The notes: generated from the letters alone by a model not told the origin. A DNA stretch of 17,825 bases from Candidatus Pacearchaeota archaeon (GCA_016186375.1 JACPLS010000027.1:1-17825); one strand, 5' to 3'; shown: positions 6,890 through 13,923, counted from the stretch's first letter. Numbers and translations: made by a program.

Positions 6890-7965
6890 TTTCTTGTTAT
6901 CTCCCCCTCTAAAACTTCTCTAAATTTCTGTAAGTCCTCAGTTTTAATCCTCGCCCCAACAGCATTTTCATGCCCTCCTCCCGTGGCATCCGGAAATTGC
7001 TTTAAAACTCTTTCCAGAATATCCCTAACTTTATTGCCTCTCAAAGAAATATTAGAAATCATACCCTTTTTATAAGCAACCACAATGAAAAAATTAGAAT
7101 AAAGGTAAGATAGTTCATTTGCCAAATCAGCGCTTATACTTAATTCCCCAGAATAATCAAAAAATATTAAATTCTCTTTTTTGCATTCTTTCGCCATATC
7201 TAATAAGGTATTATATTTTTTCTTAATTTCATTGTATTTCTCTCTAAAACTCTTATTTCCTTCAATTTCCATAAAAACATCTGAAGGTGATTTACAACTT
7301 ATCAAGAAATTCTGCATCTGGACAACATGCGTAATAGAATCTTTCAAGCCAAAGCTAAAAGCCCTTGCTATTCTTCCTATTTCAGTTCCATAATAAATAT
7401 CAAATGGGCCTCTTATCTTATCGTTTCTTGTCAGAAAATCAGGCCATTGTTTATCAAATTCAGAAATAAAAGAAGGCATAAAGTTATCAGCTATACATCC
7501 TATTACTGCCAGCCATAAATCCTCTTTCCTCTCTGTTATTTTATAAACTAAAAAAGTAACTGGCTCATTGCTAATGTCCTTTCCCTTATTATAAGTGGGG
7601 TTATAAATATGTAAATTACTATAATTTTTACCAAACCTCTTTTCAATTCCATTATCTTCAGAGTAATGGTGGTCTATCCATATCAAAGGTAACTGCATTT
7701 TATCAATCTCTTCCATGAATTCCTTGGCAATAAGTGGTTTATCTAAAACAAAAACAGCATCTGCCTTCAATTCCTGCGCTTTTTTCGCATATTGCAAATT
7801 TAAGTCGGGATAACTCTTAACAGCAACTCCTTTTCCTCTTCCTATGTATCTCCTTAGAAGCAAATAGCTGCAAAGACCATCAGCATCATTATCATAAAAA
7901 AACAAAGGATTCTGCGCTCTTTCAAGATGTTCCTTTATTTCTTCAATTTGTTTTGGTGTTAACAT
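6886..7965 (-). CDS. DHH/DHHA1-family phosphoesterase (RecJ-like / NrnA-like)
   Basis: Contains FFYDNDADGLCS (DHH motifs I/II), IWIDHH (the DHH motif) and GGGHENAVGA (DHHA1). The ORF track begins at TTG 7971. I use ATG 7965 because the TATA-like box ends 20 nt upstream of it. Confidence 0.8.
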   Translation of the reverse strand: MLTPKQIEEIKEHLERAQNPLFFYDNDADGLCSYLLLRRYIGRGKGVAVKSYPDLNLQYAKKAQELKADAVFVLDKPLIAKEFMEEIDKMQLPLIWIDHHYSEDNGIEKRFGKNYSNLHIYNPTYNKGKDISNEPVTFLVYKITERKEDLWLAVIGCIADNFMPSFISEFDKQWPDFLTRNDKIRGPFDIYYGTEIGRIARAFSFGLKDSITHVVQMQNFLISCKSPSDVFMEIEGNKSFREKYNEIKKKYNTLLDMAKECKKENLIFFDYSGELSISADLANELSYLYSNFFIVVAYKKGMISNISLRGNKVRDILERVLKQFPDATGGGHENAVGARIKTEDLQKFREVLEGEITRK

Positions 7966-7985
7966 ACTCAAGACACATTATGAGC

Positions 7986-7998
7986 CTATTTAAATTTT
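7986..7998 (-). promoter_or_regulatory. TATA-like box (minus strand aaaatttaaatag) for the DHH-uppS operon
   Basis: It ends 20 nt upstream of ATG 7965. Confidence 0.5.
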
Positions 7999-8111
7999 AA
8001 GAAAGAATAATCTGCACATTTTCGTTCTTTAATTACATTAAATCTCATGTGAGTATCAACAAAAACACCAATACAATCAGTAAATATAAAATAAATCTTT
8101 TTTATATTACA

Positions 8112-9662
8112 TTAAGGGCAATTTCTCTTCTTATTATCAGCCCAAGCACACTTCCATTTTTTATCAAATACGTTATCTTCTCCAAAATTATCCTCAGATG
8201 AAGAACAATATAAATCATAATTTGTTTTAATACTGCTCAAGACAATATTGTCTATTATAGTTAAATTACGTATATTGCCTCCAAGTATTAATAAATCTCT
8301 AAAAGGAAAGTTACCATTGGAAATATATAATCCTATAGAATTATTTTTTATGAAATTGTTTTTAATAGTTATAAAAGAAGAATCCTTTCCAGATATCATT
8401 ATTCCCTTATCTGAATTATAAATACTATTATCAAAAATACGACTTTCGTTTGATGACTGAATATATATTCCTGAGAAAATTGAATTTAGAGACGATGTTT
8501 TTAAAATTGGCATATTTAATTTACCAATTATAATATTATTAGATATCAAAGTCCGACTACTTAAAATTAAATTTATCACGCCGTTATCAAGAAAATTATT
8601 AAATGATATAGTATCACGTTCATTACGTAACAAATAAATTGATGAATTATAAAGAGTGTTGCTAACAAAAAAATTACCTTTGCTTTCAAAATATTTATTA
8701 CTCTCATAAAAAGGTTCTATATTTATTGAGGCATTATTAAATTTATTATTACTAATATTATTTAATCCCATCAAACTTATAATATTCAAACCATATCCAT
8801 TATTAAATTTATGATTGAATGTATTATTAATAACATCATTACGATCTGCCTTAAATAAATTAATACTAACGCCATTTCTTGTTATTTTTTTAAATGTGTT
8901 CCCTGAAAGCATAGTAGAAAATGTATTGTTTAAAATAACAATTTGATTAGAAGCGAATTGTGAAACAGGTTCTTGTTCATAAAAAGAAATACCTGTTATA
9001 GTGTGAAACGATCCATAAAATAAATATATTGCATTACTATTGCTTATGATCGATCCTTTAAAAACTTTAGTATTATTTGCGCCATATGACATTATAGCTA
9101 TACCTTTACTATCCTTACTAAATAACTTCTTATCATTTAGATTCAAATTTACATTGCTTGAATTTATAACAATACAAGCAATATTGCCCTCAAATTTATT
9201 TTGGTCAGAAATCCAAAAATTTATATTTTTTTCTAAATAATAGTCTCCTGGAATATTAATGATCTGACATGAACCAATAGGGCTTCCTATTGGCAAAGGA
9301 GGTTTACACTCTCCATTTGAACAATAATAATCAGACAGACAATTAATATATTCAGTTTTATAGGTGGATCCAGAGCAATAATATTCAAAAACAGTTTTAT
9401 TTAGATTATAACAAAGATCTGTATATTGTTTACCAGAAACAGATATTGTTCCTTTTTTGGTTGAATAAATTCCATTATCACTATCAGCACAATAAACTGA
9501 ATTATAAATAGGAGTATTATCAACAACATTTCCAGTAACTCCTTTATTTCCTCCAAAAATACCTTTAATCCAATCACCAAAACTAAAAGCAGAAACAATA
9601 CTCAAACTTAAAATAAAAAATAATCCCACAACAAAAATAATTCCGAAAACCTCTTTTTTCAT
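8112..9662 (-). CDS. Secreted/surface protein: signal peptide, Cys-rich module, right-handed parallel beta-helix (NosD/pectate-lyase-like) repeats
   Basis: MKKEVFGIIFVVGLFFILSLSIVSAFS looks like a signal peptide. It is followed by YCADSDNG...CYNL...EYYCSG...INC...YYCSNGEC. After that come many N-rich repeats of ~22 aa of the type NNxIxxNxxGIxI (for example IYNSDKGIMISGKDSSFITIKNNFIKNNSIGLYIS). ATG 9662 is preferred over ATG 9695, which lies inside the TATA-like box. Confidence 0.75.
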   Translation of the reverse strand: MKKEVFGIIFVVGLFFILSLSIVSAFSFGDWIKGIFGGNKGVTGNVVDNTPIYNSVYCADSDNGIYSTKKGTISVSGKQYTDLCYNLNKTVFEYYCSGSTYKTEYINCLSDYYCSNGECKPPLPIGSPIGSCQIINIPGDYYLEKNINFWISDQNKFEGNIACIVINSSNVNLNLNDKKLFSKDSKGIAIMSYGANNTKVFKGSIISNSNAIYLFYGSFHTITGISFYEQEPVSQFASNQIVILNNTFSTMLSGNTFKKITRNGVSINLFKADRNDVINNTFNHKFNNGYGLNIISLMGLNNISNNKFNNASINIEPFYESNKYFESKGNFFVSNTLYNSSIYLLRNERDTISFNNFLDNGVINLILSSRTLISNNIIIGKLNMPILKTSSLNSIFSGIYIQSSNESRIFDNSIYNSDKGIMISGKDSSFITIKNNFIKNNSIGLYISNGNFPFRDLLILGGNIRNLTIIDNIVLSSIKTNYDLYCSSSEDNFGEDNVFDKKWKCAWADNKKRNCP

Positions 9663-9682
9663 AATAGGAGAATGAGAGAATA

Positions 9683-9692
9683 TATATTTAAA
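9683..9692 (-). promoter_or_regulatory. TATA-like box (minus strand tttaaatata) for the beta-helix protein gene
   Basis: It ends 20 nt upstream of ATG 9662. Confidence 0.45.
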
Positions 9693-9707
9693 CATTTCGA
9701 AATTGTC

Positions 9708-10265
9708 TCATATCATCTTAATGCCATGTTGCAAGATTTCTTTAACCAAAGGATCCCTTTTATGTTTATAGAAATCTTTTGTAAAATAATGAATTTCTAT
9801 CTTTTTCTTATATTTTTTCTCTATCTTTCTAATTACTTTTTCAACTTCTCTTTTATTTATTTGTTTGGAAACTATCGCAATATCTATATCGGAACTTGTG
9901 GTAAAAATTAACTTAGCATAACTGCCAAACAAATAAACATCTCTTATTTCTCTTACAGCTAAAAAAGCATCTTTAATATTTAAGATAAGAAAATATTCCT
10001 TCAGTTGAAGTTGCTTAAATGTGGAATATTTCTCATATAAAAACTTTAAGATTTCATTAATTTCTCTATTTTTGTGATTAATTGAAAATATATTTTTTTC
10101 TTTTATTAAAACATTGAGATTAATTAGTGTATAAAGGATTTTATCTAAAACAATATTAGGTATATTTGTCTTTTCTTTAATATTCTTTCTATTAAGTCTT
10201 GAACCAGGAGAAATAGAAAAAATAGTCAAGACTTTTACTATATTAGAATTAAATATATCTATCAT
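9708..10265 (-). CDS. Winged-helix (N-terminal) plus minimal nucleotidyltransferase (MNT-type, C-terminal) protein
   Basis: VYLFGSYAKLIFTTSSDIDIAIVS matches the pol-beta-superfamily motif G-S-x(9-12)-D-x-D. The N-terminal ~70 aa (NRKNIKEKTNIPNIVLDKILYTLINLNVLIKEKN) looks like a wHTH. A GAGGAGGT Shine-Dalgarno-like element lies 9 nt upstream of the ATG. Confidence 0.75.
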   Translation of the reverse strand: MIDIFNSNIVKVLTIFSISPGSRLNRKNIKEKTNIPNIVLDKILYTLINLNVLIKEKNIFSINHKNREINEILKFLYEKYSTFKQLQLKEYFLILNIKDAFLAVREIRDVYLFGSYAKLIFTTSSDIDIAIVSKQINKREVEKVIRKIEKKYKKKIEIHYFTKDFYKHKRDPLVKEILQHGIKMI

Positions 10266-10354
10266 TTAGAATGTACCTCCTCAAAAAGTCCCTTAATTTT
10301 CTCTAAATAAGTCAAAACAACTTTCTCCTTTAATAGAGTATCTATCTTTACCAT
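10262..10354 (-). CDS. Candidate 30-aa leader ORF (MVKIDTLLKEKVVLTYLEKIKGLFEEVHSK) coupled to the nucleotidyltransferase gene
   Basis: Its ATG lies 23 nt downstream of the TATA-like box at 10378-10386. Its TGA overlaps the downstream ATG (AAATGA). It is below the ORF-track size cutoff and I recognise no family. Confidence 0.25.
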   Translation of the reverse strand: MVKIDTLLKEKVVLTYLEKIKGLFEEVHSK

Positions 10355-10367
10355 TTTATGGTATTAT
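10346..10367. repeat. 22-nt direct repeat, copy A (ctttaccattttatggtattat), with an internal ACCAT-N3-ATGGT dyad
   Basis: It is identical to 10387-10408. It lies on the gene-proximal side of the TATA-like box and covers the predicted transcription start and the small-ORF ATG. Confidence 0.9.
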
Positions 10368-10377
10368 ATGTATAACT

Positions 10378-10386
10378 CTTTATAAA
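10378..10386 (-). promoter_or_regulatory. TATA-like box (minus strand tttataaag) between the twin 22-nt repeats
   Basis: This is the only TATA-like element upstream of the wHTH-NTase gene. It lies 23 nt from the small-ORF ATG at 10354. Confidence 0.45.
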
Positions 10387-10408
10387 CTTTACCATTTTAT
10401 GGTATTAT
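10387..10408. repeat. 22-nt direct repeat, copy B (ctttaccattttatggtattat)
   Basis: It is identical to 10346-10367, with a 41-nt start-to-start spacing. It abuts the distal (BRE) side of the TATA-like box and starts 9 nt past the stop of the 884-aa gene. Confidence 0.9.
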
Positions 10409-10416
10409 TTAGTACA

Positions 10417-13071
10417 TCAGTATATTACAACCCTGTCAGTATAATCATCATAAGGCATTTCAACACTCTTAATCTCTTCAACACTCTGCAAATTATTAGC
10501 CTTAACCTTTCCACTTGAAACAGTATATAAAACATCATCCATATAAAGAGATCTCTTGATGGAAAATCTATCATCATACCAATTTCTCTGATAGGAAAAA
10601 CCTCCTGGAAGGCTATCAATCATATAATTTCCCCACCCGGTATTTTCATAACCACTTGCATTTGTCTTCCAGACATCTTCCCCCTGTTTAACCCAGACAT
10701 TTCCTTGCCAGTCTTTTCTCTCAGCTCCAATTGGTTCATCTTTAGCAGGCCCATTTTTCTTCTCGCTATCATTAAAATGACTAATCTTTCCACGCAAACT
10801 AATTTCATCATTATCAATATTCAAAACATATGCTCCTTGCCAAATTACATCCCCATATCTCGCATCTTCAGGAGTTTCTTTCCATCCCTGTTGATTGTAT
10901 TTATTCTGGTTAATTTCAGCCAACAAAATTGGCAATACCAACAATTTCCTTTCTTTATCAAATAAGAATGCTTTGTGGTCTTGTAAAGCATAGCTATCAG
11001 TTCCTCTGTCTCCAATATCAAATTTTGCAGCTTCCTGAGGATTTTCAACATCACTTACATCAAATAATGAGATTTTTATCCCTTGATACCATGCAAAGTT
11101 TTCTCCTCCTCCGCGGGCATTTTTTCCAATTCCAATAATATAATTTTCATCATAAGGATGCAAATAATCAGAATATCCAGGAATCTTCAAATATCCTAAA
11201 ACTCTCGGATTACCGCCATCACTTAAATCAACAACGTAAAATGGATCAATTTTCTTGAATGTAACAATATATGCCCTATTCCCCATAAATCTTACAGAAT
11301 AAATCTTTTCTCCTGGAGCAAGGTCTTCAACACTTCCAACATTTTTCATATTTTTATCTAAAACAAATAAGTGATTTAAACTGTTTCCGCTCCAAACTTC
11401 TCCAGTAGTAGTCGCAATTCTGAAATTCCCATCAAATTCATCCATTGAAAACTGGTTTAATACATGCCCAAATACTTCTCCAACTCCCTCGTAAGTTATT
11501 CTCTCCTTATCAATATTAATCTTATGAATTACAGTTTTCTCACTCTCTTTCCCTATTCTTAATTTGAACGCTTCCAACTCCTTCTGAAGCCTTTGGTCAA
11601 AAGCATTCTTATCCTCGCCACTTAAGGAATCTGAATAATCTTTGGTAATTTTCATCGCCAAATTAAATTTACCATAGTCGGATTCACTTGATTTCATAAT
11701 CTCAACAACTTTCTCCTTTTCTTCTAATGGTAAAAGAGGCAATATAACATCTTCCACAATTCTTTTGTTATAATCATTATATGAAGCTCTTTTTAATGAT
11801 GTCAGATAAACATTATTCTGAGAAACATATATCGTTCCAGTTGCTCCTGTTAAATATACTTTATTAGAAACATCTCCGCTTTCAATATCCATTGCAACGA
11901 CATTAGTAAATACAAATTGCCCATCATTAATATCATTATAGTAAACATCGCCAATAGGCACTGTTTTTTCCACCCCGTTTATTTCTAAAACAGGATAAAT
12001 ATCTCTTCCTCCATAAATATATTGTGATGAAATAGCATATACATAATCTCCAATCATTCTAGAATCAATATAATTGCCCTTTATCGATATATTTTTCTCA
12101 AGTTCTGGTCCGCTTCTATCAGATATATCATAAACATATATAATTGTTTTTTCCTCAGAGTATCCCCCACATTCTCTTCCAATACATGGGGCAACCATCC
12201 CGCTGCTCGCAACTTTATCTTTAGTTTCTGCATATTCAGGAAGATAGGACATATATTTATAAGTATTTCCAAATACTATCAATTTATCACCATTGACAAA
12301 AATATCTCTAATATTTATACTATCATTAAAGTCAATTTCCCCGACAAGGTTCATCCTTTCAGCAGGATAAGCATCAATTATTAGTAATTTCTTTCCATTC
12401 AATAAATAAATATACTTTCCATCATTTTTTACAAAATCCGGTTCGTCAACTCCTTCAACCTGTATATTTGTCTTTGAATAATCTGCAGTTCCTGTTTCAG
12501 AATCAGAATAAACTGAAGAAGCACTTGCCTTAGCCACTTCTGTTCCAACTCCACCAGCAAAAGTTTCAGCTGTTCCATAATATCCTCCAATATTTCTAGC
12601 AGCCTCTTCTCTTTCATTTACAAATTTTTCTAGTTCCTTGTAAGAATTAAACTGTTTCATATTACTATCACTGTTCAAATTCTCAATTCTTTCTTGTGAA
12701 CCCAGCAAAGCAATTATTAATATTGCTCCCAAAACAGCAACAAACAAAGCCAATGGAGCAGCAGAAACAAGTCTTCGTGGACTGATTATAATCTTCTTAT
12801 TTGACAATTTATAAGTAGGAATTTTTTTTCCTTTTACACTCCAAAAGAAATTCTTACATTTTTCTATCAAGCCAGCATCAAGTAATTTCTTAATATTATA
12901 ACCAACTGTATTAAGAGGAATGTTCAATAATGAAGAAATATCACTTTCACTCATCTCCTTTTCAGCTATTAAATCCAAAATCTTTTTGCAAGTTTTATTA
13001 GTCATAACTTCAGCAATTGCTGCAGATCTCGGGTCATTCAAATCAACATTCAGATATTTTTCTTCTCTCAT
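10417..13071 (-). CDS. ArsR-like HTH / single TM helix / large extracytoplasmic beta-propeller-domain protein (884 aa)
   Basis: The N-terminus (AAIAEVMTNKTCKKILDLIAEKEMSESDISSLLNIPLNTVGYNIKKLLDAGLIEK) is ArsR/HTH_20-like. A TM helix follows (AAPLALFVAVLGAILIIALLG). Then come motifs I associate with the Pfam Beta_propel family: TNIQVEGVDEPDFVKNDGKYIY and LKIPGYSDYLHPYDENYIIGIG. Confidence 0.8.
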   Translation of the reverse strand: MREEKYLNVDLNDPRSAAIAEVMTNKTCKKILDLIAEKEMSESDISSLLNIPLNTVGYNIKKLLDAGLIEKCKNFFWSVKGKKIPTYKLSNKKIIISPRRLVSAAPLALFVAVLGAILIIALLGSQERIENLNSDSNMKQFNSYKELEKFVNEREEAARNIGGYYGTAETFAGGVGTEVAKASASSVYSDSETGTADYSKTNIQVEGVDEPDFVKNDGKYIYLLNGKKLLIIDAYPAERMNLVGEIDFNDSINIRDIFVNGDKLIVFGNTYKYMSYLPEYAETKDKVASSGMVAPCIGRECGGYSEEKTIIYVYDISDRSGPELEKNISIKGNYIDSRMIGDYVYAISSQYIYGGRDIYPVLEINGVEKTVPIGDVYYNDINDGQFVFTNVVAMDIESGDVSNKVYLTGATGTIYVSQNNVYLTSLKRASYNDYNKRIVEDVILPLLPLEEKEKVVEIMKSSESDYGKFNLAMKITKDYSDSLSGEDKNAFDQRLQKELEAFKLRIGKESEKTVIHKINIDKERITYEGVGEVFGHVLNQFSMDEFDGNFRIATTTGEVWSGNSLNHLFVLDKNMKNVGSVEDLAPGEKIYSVRFMGNRAYIVTFKKIDPFYVVDLSDGGNPRVLGYLKIPGYSDYLHPYDENYIIGIGKNARGGGENFAWYQGIKISLFDVSDVENPQEAAKFDIGDRGTDSYALQDHKAFLFDKERKLLVLPILLAEINQNKYNQQGWKETPEDARYGDVIWQGAYVLNIDNDEISLRGKISHFNDSEKKNGPAKDEPIGAERKDWQGNVWVKQGEDVWKTNASGYENTGWGNYMIDSLPGGFSYQRNWYDDRFSIKRSLYMDDVLYTVSSGKVKANNLQSVEEIKSVEMPYDDYTDRVVIY

Positions 13072-13091
13072 ATTTCACTTAGAATTTAGTT

Positions 13092-13100
13092 CTTTATAAA
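13092..13100 (-). promoter_or_regulatory. TATA-like box (minus strand tttataaag) for the 884-aa gene
   Basis: It ends 20 nt upstream of ATG 13071 and is immediately flanked by the 36-nt palindrome. Confidence 0.5.
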
Positions 13101-13102
13101 CG

Positions 13103-13138
13103 CAGCGAAGACTTCAATTATAATTGAAGTCTTCGCTG
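13103..13138. repeat. Perfect 36-nt palindrome (cagcgaagacttcaatta|taattgaagtcttcgctg)
   Basis: The 18-nt arms are exact reverse complements with no spacer. It sits 2 nt upstream (distal side) of the TATA-like box of the HTH-propeller gene. Confidence 0.9.
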
Positions 13139-13147
13139 TAAACTTGT

Positions 13148-13187
13148 AAAAAAAACTGATTATAAAAACCTCTGAATATCAAAAAAA
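13148..13187 (-). terminator. Oligo-T termination zone for the P-loop gene transcript
   Basis: On the minus strand there are T7 (13181-13187), T5 (13164-13168) and T8 (13148-13155) runs downstream of the GC-rich hairpins. Archaeal RNAP terminates at oligo-T tracts. Confidence 0.4.
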
Positions 13188-13195
13188 CGATGTGC

Positions 13196-13220
13196 CACCG
13201 CAGCTTAAAAGCTGCGGTTT
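13196..13220. repeat. 25-nt GC-rich hairpin repeat, copy 1 (caccgcagcttaaaagctgcggttt)
   Basis: It has a 7-bp stem (CCGCAGC/GCTGCGG) with a ttaaaa loop. It is identical to 13256-13280. Confidence 0.9.
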
Positions 13221-13255
13221 GTGACAGGCACTCGTTTTTTGGATGCTCAAAAAGT

Positions 13256-13280
13256 CACCGCAGCTTAAAAGCTGCGGTTT
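13256..13280. repeat. 25-nt GC-rich hairpin repeat, copy 2; the hairpin loop contains the stop codon of the P-loop gene
   Basis: It is identical to copy 1 and lies 60 nt away. The minus-strand TAA (13265-13267) sits in the loop, and the last codons (..NRSF*) are encoded by the repeat. Confidence 0.9.
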
Positions 13281-13903
13281 TCTAGAGACTTTTTGACATA
13301 AAATCTAACTTCATCAGTTATTTCTTCTAATGATTTTGAATTTACGTTAATTCTAATTACTGGAATTCCTTTTTTCTCCACATTAAACATAGATTCATCA
13401 AATAAATCTTTCAAACGAGATAAGTAAATCAATCCATCATGTAATTGTTTAAATTTATTATTTCTTTGATTTGAAATTTCTGGTGTTATGTCAAAATAAA
13501 TGAAGGAATTTGGATATGAAAATAGATTTTCTAAAAAGAATTTTAAGGGTTTTTTAGCATGCATTTGCAAACCAGAATTTAAATAAAAATCAAAATAGCA
13601 TAAAGTATCTATTATAGGGTCTCGATCTGAAATTAAAACTCTGGATAATTTTTTTACTTTCTGTTCAAAGAAATAAGGAAACAAATAGGTAAAATATGCT
13701 GCCCCGGTAAAATACTTTAAATTATTGATTTCTCCAAATAATACTAATCTATTAACATATCTTGCGAAAAATCTTGACATTCCTGAAACATTATCTCCGT
13801 GATAACTTAAACGAATTGTGTCAATACCTTCTATTTTTTCAAGGGCATTTACAACAGAGCTTTTTCCAGTATTGTCTAATCCAACTATTGATATTTTATA
13901 CAT
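13265..13903 (-). CDS. P-loop NTPase, thymidylate-kinase/deoxynucleoside-kinase-like
   Basis: Walker A motif ISIVGLDNTGKSS. A DR-type motif, LISDRDPIIDTLCYF. A lid-like block, FIYFDITPEISNQRNN. The order and spacing resemble the Tmk/dNK fold. Substrate is unknown. Confidence 0.55.
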   Translation of the reverse strand: MYKISIVGLDNTGKSSVVNALEKIEGIDTIRLSYHGDNVSGMSRFFARYVNRLVLFGEINNLKYFTGAAYFTYLFPYFFEQKVKKLSRVLISDRDPIIDTLCYFDFYLNSGLQMHAKKPLKFFLENLFSYPNSFIYFDITPEISNQRNNKFKQLHDGLIYLSRLKDLFDESMFNVEKKGIPVIRINVNSKSLEEITDEVRFYVKKSLENRSF

Positions 13904-13923
13904 CTTTATAAATTAACAAATCA

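Noticed and set aside
10425-12617. Several 62-86-aa ORFs in other frames within the 884-aa gene (10425-10619, 10620-10817, 10705-10965, 10845-11054, 10929-11138, 12081-12272, 12429-12617).
   Set aside because: All are nested in a long, motif-supported CDS. None has a promoter or family signal.
13196-13280. A possible minimal CRISPR array (25-nt repeat, 35-nt spacer, 25-nt repeat).
   Set aside because: There are only two repeat copies and no cas genes in the window. One copy overlaps the end of a protein-coding gene, and both are followed by T-runs like terminator hairpins. I report it as a repeat/hairpin finding, not as CRISPR.
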